Assembly: GCA_002189035.1 (NCBI GenBank)
Contig: CM007990.1
Span: 6,014,001 to 6,078,000 of the forward strand
Reading direction: 5' to 3'
Length of the DNA: 64,000 nt
From: Utricularia gibba
Taxonomy: Eukaryota > Plantae > Magnoliophyta
Shown: positions 49,766 through 63,726 of the stretch, in pieces
How positions within the stretch are numbered: the stretch's first letter is position 1
How the letters are laid out: every line of letters starts with the position of its first letter
Position numbers and translations under genes: made by a program
The notes under the pieces: generated by a model
Seen by the model: the letters and a program-made list of their open reading frames with translations, nothing else
What the model was told of the DNA's origin: nothing
Database searches by the model: none

Positions 49766-52185
49766 TCATTGACTGGAAGTGGAGTTGGTGCCGCCTCCAA
49801 CCCAGTACTGCTTTACAGCAACGACTACTTTTTGGGGATCAGAGGACCATCCTCATGATCCATCATTTTAGAATCCCACCTCATGCCTCCAATGAACTTC
49901 TTTACCTTCACAATAACATCAACATCGTCGCGGATAATGACTGTGCCCTCTGGACGAAGGATCCTGTCCATCTCCAGTAAAATGTCTTCAAAGTTACACC
50001 TGGAGATGTTTCAGTATGAGATTCAGCCGTGGAATCTTGGAAATTCAGAAATGGCTTGCTCACCTGTCCTTGTACAAGCTGAAAACACCGCTGGCATGAA
50101 TCAAGTCGTATGTTCTTGGATATGTCGAGAAAGCTTCGCACCTGAACAGGAGGAATGAGACAATGCTTCATGGTACAAGAGGAAATAGCAGCAAAGAGTT
50201 CACTAGTACAAGGAACCTGCACATCTAGAAGGCGTACCGTACCAGTCATGATATATGCCAATCAGCCCACGTTCATATACAACGCCGAGTGTGTTTTTCT
50301 CGGCAATGGTCGGTGCTACATTCATAACCCACAGTTTAGGAGACTGCAGAGCGGCAGCAAAGCCTCCAAATCCAGCATTCATGTCCATGATGTTGCGGTA
50401 CCTTCCAGAGTCCAAAATCTGGATGATCCTTCTATAGGCATTTACATGTTTTTTCCATTGCTTACTGTCCTCCTGGAATGCATCAGCTGAAACCCCTGGA
50501 ATCGAGCCGCTGGCAATTCTAGGTGGAACAGCATAAAGCCTCTCCGAGAAGGGTCTAAGATACTCATTCATATCGCCACTGTCAGGGCCATTGTAAGGGG
50601 TGATGCATTGCTCCATTTCCTTGTACCTGATATAACAGCAAATGAACCGTATTATTTTTCTGCTTCATTTGCTATCCAAAGTCTACAAAGAGAGGCCTTG
50701 TTTGGAAATCATTCAATCTCTTGATTTCTATGCCAGGGCTAAATAGGAAACACATGCAGTGTTATAATGATGCATCAACAGTCTGTAGGTTATTACCAGA
50801 CATCATCTGCATCAAAGGAATCACAGAATCTTGCCCCAGCATTTTCTTGTTTTGCACGGCAGGAAGAAGAATCTGTTGTTTTTTGCCATATAGCAATTTC
50901 GGCTTTCTCAGATACCTTTTCCCAGCATAAAACCTTGGCAACATCTTCTATGATTTTCTGTTCATCCTGTAGTTCTTCCAGCGGACGCTGCCATGACTTA
51001 TAGTTAGCCTTCCAGTTGATGGGAGGACCAGAGAGTATCCAATATCCACCAGGCCTGAGTACCCGATCGACTTCTTTCATATACAGTCCATCTATGATGG
51101 AAATGAACTCCGATCAGAAGACATATCTTGCGGACAATGCTCAAAATAATGAGAAATTCGGATAAACATTGAAAATCCTTCATGGAGATAAAAACAAAGA
51201 CGTACCAGTCGCTCCCCAAGGTATAAGACAACGAGAGCAATGAGCCATGTCAAATGCTCTTGACGGATAAGGCATTTTAATTGATCCCAGAACACCAATA
51301 ACTGCAGACACACCCCTTTCGAGAGCAAACTGAACCTGGGCCTCATGTGAATCCCTTGGAGCAAAAGACATAGCAATAACATTTCTACTCCACAAGTATG
51401 CTCCCCAGCTAGCGACCTAAAAATATGCGTACATGAAAAGGAACACTGAGAGCCTTTACATCGATTGCCAAAGAATACAGGGTGAGAAAGACAGAAAAAG
51501 TTGCTAGATAAAAATACATATCAATGTAAATGACGTACCCCGCAACCAGTGTCCAACGCAGTCCTAACATTTCCATTTTCGATGGGTATAACAGAAGCCA
51601 GTTGATCAATGTACTTGTCAGCCCCTTGAGGAAACTGCGTCCCCCACCTGGGAACTTGAACACAGATCCCTCGTACTGGATCCAGTTTTGAATAGCTTTC
51701 TCAACTGTCAAGCTTTTATACGGTGCATTAGCAAACGGCACATAGTCCCGGCTCTTTGGCCAAGGGAATGGCGTCACATAACCTTCAGGTGCAGGGATGA
51801 GACAGCGAAGTTTCTCTCCTTCTGGAGGGCAGTGCCTCTCACGGTAGATCATATTCTCCCTCGAAAAGGTCATAGCACGGCCTTGATCTTGGCAAGGTGT
51901 GTAATCAGTATACTGACTATCGCATGGCTCATAAGCAGCCACTTTTGAATCGGAATTATGAGCAATCCCAGCTTCACCACCATGATGGGTTTCAAAGTTT
52001 AGACTCGATAGAATATTACAATTTGCTTCACTCTTGGTCATCTCTATTGCTATTCTGTCCCCCTTTCCAAACCCACTCCTTTGCCAGGCACCAAGTAGGT
52101 AGAAGAAAAGGCAAAGTCCAGTTAGCATGAAAAGAGACAACAGACTTCTGCCTCTGCCATCTCCTGAATTAAACTTATTTGCCAT
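49766..52185 (-). CDS. PMT2: PMT2-like SAM-dependent methyltransferase (DUF248 family, type II membrane protein); two apparent 1-nt deficits
   Basis: [100 protein letters not shown] and [12 protein letters not shown]. Frame changes at 51641-51645 and 49829-49837. Confidence 0.92.
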
Positions 52186-53189
52186 CGCAATCCTGCAAAA
52201 CCAGCACCAAAAAATGAAGATTGAGAGGCTAACTTGACTCAAAACTCAAATATGGACACGATACACACATAAAAAAAAAACATACACACAACAACAACCT
52301 TTATTTTTATCTCGTCGCAATCAAACCCAGAAATGCAAAACATCAAAATCCACCATTCTCAACAGAACTGCAAAGATTCTACAGTGGCTGATGCAAAATT
52401 AATAAATCCAGTACTTATCGCATCCGTTAGCGCAGGACCCTGTTGAAAGATCTTCAAAGCTCGCTGGTGCGCTGCTGTTAATACTAGTGGCAGAACAGAT
52501 CCGATTAACCGCGTGTGCAAGGATAACTGGGATCCGGAAAAATTACATCCTTTTTTTGGAAAATGTGCAGGCATTCAACCGATGGGATGCGATCCGTGTA
52601 CGCGTCCGTATCGCTCTATTCAGGGCGCTTACCTCAAAAAAAGGAATGCCCCATTTTCACCTCAACCTCACTTTCCTATCTCCATTTGCCACCACTCCGC
52701 GCCAACAGCATCTCTTTCTCAATCGCAAATGGAGCTCCATTACTCTCTCCATGGCCTGCAGCGAACACCCAGTTTCAGTTGAAGAATCCACCGTCTCGCA
52801 ATCAACGGAATAGAGAGTCGGTTTTCGTTTCATCTGGAAGTGGAAAAATCTTGAAGTTGCGGTTTCCGATGTTCATGATTTTAGTATGAACGCAGCCCAA
52901 TTACCGGTTAGATCGTTAAGACTACAAGAACATCTCTTGATCAGCAGCTGTATTAACATTGTTGGGGCCTAAAAAATGCACTTAGTCATGACTTCCACGT
53001 AAAAATAAAACATTGTTTCCCTGGGAAATAATTTGAATTCCAAAAAGGAAAGGAAAGGAGACTCGCTTTAGTTCATAGAACAGAATTTCAAATCGTGCTA
53101 CAGTCAAGAATAAGAAACCAGGTTCACTCAAAGCTCATAAACAAACTTCCAAAACTTGCCAAGTTGACTTATGTTTCCATTCTCCAGCT

Positions 53190-54070
<881 letters not shown>

Positions 54071-54108
54071 TTATCGGAGCCCTAGCTGTCAAGGTTTGTT
54101 TAAATAGA

Positions 54109-54151
54109 AGCCCATTATGCGACGGGCATTACACTGAATGGGCTCAGCCCA
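54109..54151. promoter_or_regulatory. Three site II elements (TGGGCY) in the RPL34 promoter
   Basis: AGCCCA at 54109-54114, TGGGCT at 54139-54144 and AGCCCA at 54146-54151, typical of plant ribosomal-protein promoters. Confidence 0.55.
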
Positions 54152-54320
54152 AGATAGCTTATTTTGCTACCCATGCAGTTTCAATAACAAATAATCACGA
54201 AATAATAAATAGAACAATTACTTTCTTTAAATCTAGTTTACAAAAGCATCCCATCCAACCTTTTTTTTCCAACTCGAGCAGCTGCCAAAATGGATGGAAT
54301 CAACTATTTTGCTTCTCCGA

Positions 54321-55781
54321 TCATCTGGAGGAACTTGGGGGGCTTAAAAATGTAGTAGTCTTTTGCTCGGTAAAGGGTTGAGTTGATTCATCAGACACAC
54401 TGGGGGACCTTGGAACGCTTCCTTTTACTCTTCTCGAGTTGGGGCCGATTTCTTCGATCATGTACTTCCACCCATCGATCGGCCTCCTCCGGCTGAATAT
54501 GTGTGTTTTGATGAAGCTGGCAATCTGAAATTATGGACAGCAATCACCCCATGTTCAGAGGATCTAACAACAGCCAACAAGACGGGAAGAAGAGTTGCAG
54601 ATCACAGTGCATCAGGACTAGTTTAGCTGGAGGCAAATGCATCTCAATTTAGAATGCAAACACAGTCACCTATTCCCTAAGAAATACACGACTGCGCTAA
54701 TTGGAGACTAATTCCACAAAACTGTGAGGAAGGAGCATGCTTAAATTGGGACTAACATCCAGGAGGGAAAACTTGAGTCGATGTTCTAATCAGGAATCAA
54801 CTCTCAAACCAAGAAACTGTCCGCAGGAGCAGATGCAAACATAGAATTTTCTCACTTTGTGAGTTATAGCTACCAGAAATGCATGAGGCTTAACCATTCG
54901 AATCCAGTGAATTGAACCAACCTGAAACTTATTGTAAGCCATTCGCCGCTCGAATTCTTGAACAAGGATATCTTCTTCTCTTTGTGACATGTCCCATATA
55001 CTGCCGTCCCCCGCTTTAGAGGTTGCTTCCCATCCATCTGGTTTGTTCTTCATCTCTGTGCCGATAGCCTTCCCGCCTCCCAGATCATTGTTAGAAGAAT
55101 CAAATATCCTTGCAATTGTTTAAAGACGCAAATGTTTCATCAGAAACCCCATCTTCAATTACGCAAATGGGCAATGGTAAATCATCATCAAATAACAAGC
55201 TGAAAACCAATAAATTTTCGTGAACAGAATACAACTTACTCAGAGGCAGAATCGAGAAACTTTTCGATATCGTGGGCAACAGAAAAGGAATCACCCAATT
55301 TGGCTTCCTCCAATTTCTCAATCTCCTTCACCCAAAGACCAGCGTGGATCCTCTGCTTTGTCAGCCGATAATCCTTCTTAATATTCTCCAAACTGTACAA
55401 TGAAGGAGGAGGAGAAGATAACGATGGATTCACATTCTTGTCAATCTCTTTCTTGCCCGATTTGCCCTTCCTCTGCTCCCAATTATCATTCATATCCTCG
55501 ACGAACGCCTGGGTCTCCGCATCCAGTTCTTCCTGCACCGCCTGAGGCTCATTCTTATCCGTAGGAGGCAGTGAGAAGGTAACATCCGATTCCCACGGCG
55601 CGCGCGGCGCTTTGACGGAGAGGTCATCAGGGAGCCATGCCATCTCCCACGCATCGTTCCATTCGTCCTCTCCAGATTTGCGCTCTCTCTTATTCCGGTT
55701 CGTCGAGAAGGAACGAACGGTGCCCACGCCGGCGGAGCGTCGTCCCCGGACGACGTCGCTTAGTCGACGTAGAAGAGCCAT
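54321..55781 (-). CDS. GCD1-like (mucin-related) probable mitochondrial protein; 3 exons
   Basis: Arg-rich presequence MALLRRLSDVVRGRR...RSFST; YSLENIKKDYRL.KQR.HAGLW.KEIE, PDGWE, EFERR.AYNK and IFSRRRPIDGWKYMIE parallel the conserved blocks I recall for GCD1. Confidence 0.75.
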
Positions 55782-56573
55782 CTCCGTGAGGCATGGAAGC
55801 CCGCAGAAGCCCAAATATCAAGGGCCTCGCAACCTAGGCCCAACAATACACATAACTTGGACCGGGCGATTCGGTCATTTAACAGTCTAATGTTTTTGTC
55901 GTGTTGTTGACCGAGGCCACTGTGCATTGTAATTAATGAGGTAACGTGGCGTTGAGGCTGCAATCGGAGCAGGAGGAGACCCACGAAGCGGCTGGCGGCA
56001 TCGAAACCACATTTTTTATTCACTCCAAAGACCCACGTCAAGAAAGACGACCAAGTCCGGCTTTGTCTGCTTTTTGTCGAGTCGCGATTGCACCAACGCC
56101 TCATCTTGTTAGGGCATCATCATCTGCTTCTGTTCCTGCTTTCGCTCCCCTCCGCAAATCTGCATCTCTCGTGTATCCGCAATGACAGAGACTTATGCTC
56201 TGCGGGCTTGTGAGCCCATGGTTTTCTGCAATGCAGGAGTTGCAGGAAGAGGGCAACATGTTGGAATTCTTCTAGTTTTCCATTCCTTGTCACCAGTAGT
56301 CCCAAAAAAGTGAGGAGAAGATGGAGCTTAGGCCACATTGTGTTGCACGCACAATGTTGCAGTAACGTTGCATAGAAGTTAACAGTGCAATCACAGTCTT
56401 TTACACTAAGAAATGCCAAGTTGTCTCGCAGGGAGCATTTCGGTTACTAGACAAGTAGCATGAAAAGCAGCAGGGGCAGGGAAGCAAAGCAGTGGGCTGC
56501 GCCGGTTTTCACCTTCCGGTTTCAATAAATAGCAGCCCATCCCCATCCTCACATCCACGCCTTGTCCTCAGAA

Positions 56574-57246
56574 ATGTCATCAAGAAGAACTCCCGCCGGA
56601 GTAACCTCGGAGCAGCAGATCGCCGACCTTGTTGCCCAGTTGCGGCAACTCATCCCGAGAACCGCCGTAACCAGCCGTCAAATATGGTACTCGTAGGCTA
56701 TATCCTACACTGCTGTAGGAAAATTTTCGTTCCGTGAGAGAATATCACGTCTTCCTTCCCATTGCCTCATGCTAATTTACTTATGGTATCCAAAGCTTTT
56801 TGGCAAGAATAACTGAGTCGTGCGTGAGTTGGATTTGCAATCCAAGTCCTATAATATCACTTACTTGAGACGTCTGTAATTGAAAATGTGGGATGTATAA
56901 ACCCTACCCCTACCGATTGCGGTTTGAAGAGTTTTGCATGCCACACATCCTTTGTGGGACGTAAGCAAAAAGAAAGGTGAAAGGTCCGGGATCATAGTGA
57001 TCCAGTCCCTCTTCACACAACTACTGCACGGCACTGCACTGATGTCTGTCTGGATCCCCTAACTAAGATGCCGACTGAACAATGCAGGTTTCAGCTCCAG
57101 AGGTGCTGCAGGAGACCTGCAACTACATCACCAGCCTGCGCCGCCAAGTAAATGATCTCAGCGAACGCTTGTCGCGGCTGTTGTCGACGATGGATCAGAA
57201 CAGTGACGCAGCAGCCGCTATTCGGAGATCGCTTGCTGGAGACTAG
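56574..57246 (+). CDS. PRE: PRE/KIDARI-type atypical non-DNA-binding HLH protein; 2 exons, one apparent 1-nt deficit
   Basis: MSSRR...SEQQIADLVAQLRQLIP(E); intron 56687-57087; VSAPEVLQETCNYITSL.RQVNDLSERLS.LL...D.NS..AA.IR. One C restored at 56654-56656 gives 90 aa. Confidence 0.88.
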
Positions 57247-58132
57247 GGTTTGCTTATCCCTTGTCACGTGGGTGGAGTTTCTTGTGCGTTGCAGTGGAGG
57301 TGATGCAGTTCAGATCAGGTGGTTTAGGAGCCTCTTTCCGGAGCCTGTATCATTAGATAACATGTATGCACATCTGGCTGAAAAGAATAAATCATTGGGG
57401 CCTGTTTCATACGCTATTTGGAGTTGGATCGTAAGGGCAGGGCGGTTGGAGCCCGGTTCGTTAAAGAGCGGACCGGGTTGGGCTATCTTGGTTTCAGAGC
57501 TTAGTCCAACTCTGATCAGGGGTCGGTCATTTATTCCACCAAGTAGAGGGAGCGTCAGGCCTCGCGGCTATTATCAGTCCATCACATTGATTCGTGTCGA
57601 TAGCATTCTCTTAGAGAATAATTTCCACATTATTTTGTTCCAGGCCCGCGAACATCATCTGATTTCAGGCATTGAAATGTGTGCGCTTCAAAAATGCCAT
57701 GCCAGATCAGTTGGTTCATCGTTGAGATGGGAGTGGGAGGAGCAGCAGGAAGGATACAAACTTCACCTTTCACAAATAGCTGTTCCTCAATTAGCATTTA
57801 TTTCTTCCCATCTGTGTCTAACCGTCCGCTGACAGATCATTTCCCCATATCCCCTTCCTGCATGTTCATTTGTTTTTTCTCTCGTCCAAGAACAAGCAAC
57901 CAAGCTCTCTCTCGGATGTCTAGCAAGAGAACTCATTGAGGAAAACCTCGAATCTCCTTGTTTTATTGCAGACAGTTTCATTATTGCTGGTCCCGGCACT
58001 TGATTTCTCCATCTCAGGCAATCTAGTGCCAGCTTCCCCTATTCTTCATATTCATATTCATACTCCTCGCCGACATTGAAGCTACGCACTTCACCAGTTT
58101 CTTCTTCTGAAGTCAGTCATCTTCAGACTGAT

Positions 58133-60924
58133 ATGGAGGAAAAAGATTCAGGGGTTCGACTCAGTCTCTTGTTTTCAGCTGTCTTTCTGCTGATTTCTCG
58201 AGCATTTGTTGCGGATGCACAGCTTGCTCCAGCAGAAGCAAGGATCCTGTTTCACATCCGGGAGCTTCTCGAGTACCCATCTCCTCTTCAATCTTGGAAC
58301 AAGGGGACAGACTTTTGTTCTCTTCCTGCAACTCCTTCTCTTAGTATCATCTGTTCAGGTCACCATATCGTGGAGCTTTCCATTGTCGGGAACAAAAGCT
58401 CACCATCGAAGATTCATAGGGCTTTAGCTTCAAATTTTTCAGTTTCAGAGAACACTCTGTCTGAAAGATTCTCACTGGATTCATTCCTCACGGTTTTAAC
58501 GAAGCTTTGGAGTTTACAGAGGTTGTCATTGGTGTCTTTAGGCATCTGGGGAACCTTGCCTTCGAAAATCAATAGGTTTAAATCGCTCGAGAGCTTGAAT
58601 ATGAGCTCAAATTTCATATATGGCGCAATCCCGGAGTCTGTTTCTACTTTCCCAAGATTGAGAAACCTTGTTCTGAGTGAGAATTTGTTCAATGGAACTG
58701 TTCCTGATCTGAGTGACTTAATATTTCTTCAGGAGATAGATTTGAGAAGCAACAGTTTGGGGCCTGAATTTCCTTCTTTGCCAGATAACGTTGCCAGAAT
58801 TTCTTTGAGTGATAACTCTTTTAGATCCAGTATACCTCAACTTTTCAAGGAGCTGAATAGTCTGCAAGTTCTTGACCTTTCGGCAAACAATATGATTGGT
58901 CCAATACCAAGCTTCTTGTTTTCACTGCCAGCAATTCAGTCTATAAATCTAGGAAAAAACCAGCTGAGTGGAGCACTCGATCCCAGCATATCTTGCAATG
59001 CAAATCTCAGTTTTGTAGACATATCAAACAACCTTTTGACAGGGAAGTTACCCTCTTGTCTAGAACCAAATAATGGAAATAAGACAGTAATCACATTATG
59101 GAATTGTCTGTCGAATTCCACTATAAAGTATCAGAGATCCAGAAACTTATGTGAGACAGCAGCGATAGCAGTTCGGCCTCCGGATCAAAGACAGAATGCT
59201 CAATTATCAGCATCAACCATGAAGCTCGGTGTTGTTTTGAGCATCATAGGTGGTATTTTACTAGTTTCAGTATCGCTTGCATTGTTGATGATGCTGCTGT
59301 GGAGAAGAGGAAATGATCACAAAGGTGAAGGTACGGTGATCAAGAAGTATCCGGCCACCGGCTCTCAGCTTGGAAGTTGGTCCTAAAACTTGAACTTTTT
59401 ATTTTGAATGCAAAAGTAGCTAGCAAAAGCTGTGAAACCCAATACTAATGTTACATCTTTAGGGCATGCGGCACCACCAATGAGGATGACCTCTACCACA
59501 TTGCCACCGTACCGTATATTCACACTGGACGAAATCAAAGATGCCACAAACGACTTTGAAGCATCTTATTTGCTGCAGGAAGGACCACAGGGCCAGGTAA
59601 ACTTGTTATCATTCATAGCATCCATCGCCTGAGATGATGATGAACGGAAAAATAGTGTCAAATGCTCGTATGCATGCTGGATTTTCCAGGTATCCAAAGG
59701 ATGGCTCAGTAATGGCTCACCGGTACTGATAAAAAGCATGAAGCTAAAACAGAAACATTATTCTCAAGCCCTGAATCAGTACATGGAAGTAGTCTCAAAC
59801 CTGAGACACAGGAATCTGGTTAGCGTTCTAGGACACTGCATTGCCAATCAGAATGCTGCTACCACTGTCTTCATTGTGCTCGAATATGTGGCCTGTGAAT
59901 CATTAGCAGCTCACCTCAATGGTATCTCAGAGTTAAAGTCTAGAGAAGAGAGTTCGCAACATCTAACTAACAGTGTTTTTCACATTGCAGATTGGAGAAA
60001 GAGAGAACTCTTGAAGTGGCCACAGCGAATGTCGATCGCCATCAGCATTTCAAGGGGCATCCAGCACTTGCACTCTGGAGGAGTTGTTGGAAGTGATTTG
60101 AAAATTGAAAGCATTTTGCTGGATGAGAATCTTATTGCAAAGATCACCGGCTACAACATAAGCTTACCACCTACGGTGACATTTCTTTCCATTGTTTACT
60201 ATCTAGATGCCTTTTTCTGCTTCTGTTTCTTCACCCCAAACATCTTCTTGAAATCTGTATAGATTATATTAACATGAAATTCTTGGCAAACTATGTCCTT
60301 CCTAGGTTGCACTTGGAGGTCCTCTAATTAACGCACATGAAGTTCCCAAAACTCAGTAAGCCGTTCACGTTTCTCAATCTTCATGAATCTGATAAGTTTC
60401 TGAATATCATTTCAACTGCACTGTTTATCAGTCAGTACCCGGAAAAAGAAGATATATACAAACTGGGAGTGGTCCTGGTTGAAATTATCACTGGAAGACC
60501 TACAAGCTCTCAGCATGACGTAGATGATCTCCATTATCAGGTGGTTTTCCATTTATTTGGATAGGTTATCAGTTCCAGCATGCTTTCCATCAGCCTAAAG
60601 CTCAAGCTTGGGCCTCGATTTCTGTAACAGCTAGAAAGAAGCTTAGCAGAATCACCCTCGACATTGCGAGATCTTATAGATCCATCCTTGTCCGGTACAT
60701 TTTCCTTTGAGTCGCTGAAAACTGTGGCGCAAATAGCAATTCAATGCTTGAGCAAAGATCCAGCTGCTCGACCAACAGTAGAGGATGTGCTTTGGCATAT
60801 GCAATATTCAGTTCAGGTTCAAGAAGGATGGAACAGTAGTGGAAACCTCGGCGGGAACTACAGTGGACACATTAGTGGAAATCTAAGTGGAAGCTTCAGT
60901 AATATGATGTCAAATGGATGCTAA
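58133..60924 (+). CDS. LRR receptor-like kinase with a degenerate (probably inactive) kinase domain, At1g14390/At2g02780-like
   Basis: Signal peptide, LxxLxLxxNxLxGxIP repeats, transmembrane segment VVLSIIGGILLVSVSLALLMMLLW, and FTLDEIK.AT.DF. The kinase lacks HRD (HSGGVVGSDLK) and DFG (ITGYN). Confidence 0.9.
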
Positions 60925-62275
60925 TCTCACCCTGTGGGTTCGGAAGAAGTAAACCTACAATATTTTCTGATTCTCACAGACCCACTCAGACCACAGCATT
61001 AAATTCATTTCTCTGTGGAAATTCCAGGATTGTGGCTGCTACTCCACTCTGAACTTTGTACGTTGCGGCAAATAATTGATGAGGCGTTCGTCCATGGTTT
61101 CAAAAAGCAATTTCACTGTACTTTTAAACACCAAACTGTCCCCATTGCTCGTTAAAACTTCATCTTTCATACATTGCTAACGCCTGTTAGGAGCTCAGGG
61201 TGGTGTACCATGGAGGGCTTCTCCATGCACGCATAATCAGATGTCAAGTATAGGAATAAAATTGCAACTACAGAACTCACCGACATACAGGGGAACTGTT
61301 CAACAAATTCCCGGTCAATCAAACTTCTCAGCATTACCGTCATGGCAGCTTCATTTTTAAAATAAAACAGAGGAGTCAGGCACTTATAATGCTTAACTTA
61401 ATGACCATGCGGTCTTCTTTATTGCCATATATCAAACCTCATCCCAATGACAAAACCATGGATGCTGCTTATTTAAACAAATGCGCAAATCCAGAAGAAA
61501 CTCCAATATAGGAAAGAGCAGCAAGCCGGTGCAACATTGATAGAGCCAAGACTTGTACTTCAATGAATTCCTTTTAGAGATTCGAGCAAAGAGGGATAAT
61601 TTGGGAATGCTGCACAAATTCCTAATAAACTTATCACGCAGCATACAAACATCATCTTCCTCTTCTACGTCGCCAGAGCCACTACATCACTGTCCATAAA
61701 TCACCCGCAACCTTCTCTACATTGGAAATTATACACACAAAGCACATACCAGGGTCATAGAAAAATCAAAACAGGAAGAAACAGCCTCAGATTTGTCGAC
61801 ACCTAATGCAATCAGCGCCCTTCGATCAGGACCGATGAAGGCGATCGCTTGTTATGGGAATAGGAAAAGGAATCAAACAGAGAAATTATTGGGCCTCCAT
61901 GGGTTGGCCCACTTCCCCACTGGAACCGAACTTCGAAATCCAGTAATGTATTCCTTGCTCCTGGGGGGGAATGAGGCTCACAATCCATGCACTTGGCCTG
62001 CTTTTCACACCAGGGGGCTGCCCAGCCGAAGCTCCTTCTAAGCTTACAAATGGAGCCTGAGTTTGATTCTCAGATTTCCTTCTCATGTTAACACGTAAAG
62101 ATGGTTTATGAACACCCCGCCGCCGCAGGCGTGTCCTCAAAACAGACATCATTGTGCAAAAAACAAACTTCTCATATAAAAAAGTTTGGGATGCATTTAC
62201 ACCCTTTAATATGAAAGCATCCAAAGCATGCGATCCAAAAAAGTAATTGCAAGAAAGCAAACTGAAGAGCCTTTT

Positions 62276-63204
62276 CTAGGGCAAGGCTCTTGGGGGCAGA
62301 AGGACGACGACGCCCGTGATCGTGGAGGTGTAGCCCGTAAGTCGCAAAGGGAGAGGTAACAGTTTTCCATCGACCGGGCTCCGTCGGCAAAGGGCAATCC
62401 CATGAATCCCCAACTCTTCCTCTATCTTCCACAACAACTCCACCACGCTGCTTCCTTTGAAGTTGATGGTGAACTCTCCCAGGGCCTCGTGAATCTTTCC
62501 CCTTTCAGAAAACTTGAAGTGAACTGTAATCTCCCTCTCCTCGGATATTTCCAAGGCTTCATCATGCTCCAGGGAATCACATTGGCTTTCCTGCAATGTT
62601 GGAAGCATATTAAATACGTGTCTAGGGCTTCTATTTCGATTTGACTCTTATGTGAAAAACAATAGATCACCTCATCTGAGGGAGAGTTGGAAGAATGGCT
62701 TCTTGCTGGCGAATGGAGGTCCGCTGAATCATAGTTCTGCGGCGGAGGGGACTCGGGCGGGATGAATTCGACAACTTCTATCTCCCATGAAGCGGAGTCA
62801 TGCGGCGTCGCTTTAGGAGGAATACCATGCGCAACAAAATTATGCCACGGCGGGGGAAGCCCCTGACTCGCCTTAAGTAGACTCCCTTCCGTCGACCTAA
62901 GCCTTATTCCGCCGTTATCAAAATACGGCTCCCAGACGGCGGAGCCCTCGATGCTATCCGGCGTAGACTGCACCACCTTCAGGCCAGTGTTGAAGGGGAG
63001 GTGATCATGGGAGGCTGTGAGATAATTCCCATAGCAACTTTTCAACCGGATGAAGTTTCCTCCCAGAACCTGGACGATCCAATCCACCGATGGGGAGCAT
63101 CCCCGGCGATTCAGGATGACGGATTTGCCGTCATTGTCGGCGAAGAGAAAGAAACCATGGCTGGTTTTCAGACGGACGGACCTTGCGTTGTGGAAGAACT
63201 CCAT
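62276..63204 (-). CDS. DUF569 (fascin/actin cross-linking-like) protein; 2 exons
   Basis: MEFF..A.SVRL.T.HG.FL.AD.DG..V, IRLKSCYG.YLTAS, W.P, GLPPPW.N.V.H.IP; the C-terminal exon has FKGSSV.EL..K..EE.G...I..C.RSP.DGKL.PL.L. Confidence 0.88.
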
Positions 63205-63726
63205 GGAGGAAACTTCAGGCGGGAGATTGGAGAATAGAGTCCAGTGAGAGAGTAGGAAGTATTTATAGAACTAAGGAGATCCCATAATCTCCCGCCCGGT
63301 AACAGGATATATGTGATAAGGAAATATTTCTTTCCTTGTTTCTGGGGTAAGATACATCCAGTTGTTGTTGACTAGGTCAGATTTCTTTCCTTGTTTCGTG
63401 TCTACTTATCTACAAATTAAATTTGAATACCGAACAACGATTTTCTCCCGCGTTATTTTATAACCGCAACGAGATCCACAGTAAGAAGATGTCTCTTGTA
63501 TTTTGTATTGATGTGAATCAATCCATTGAATTTACATAACAAGGTATAGAATTTGGCCAAGGAGGCCGAGACAACAACATGAATGCTGCTAATGAATGCA
63601 GGAATCGCCCTTCGGGCAGCTGCTGAGGTTTCCCTCCCCGTCCGGGTCTCGCCTAACTGGAAATGGAGATGGCCGCCACGGAGTCGAATGAGTTCTTCTG
63701 GAGCCATGACTAACGAAAACCCTAAT

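Noticed and set aside
57152-57832. 226-aa ORF in the track
   Set aside because: It starts out of frame inside PRE exon 2, has no recognisable motif and an atypical composition; best treated as a chance open frame.
59700-60170. Missing HRD and DFG motifs in the LRR-RLK
   Set aside because: Kinase degeneracy is an established property of this subfamily, so it is not novel.
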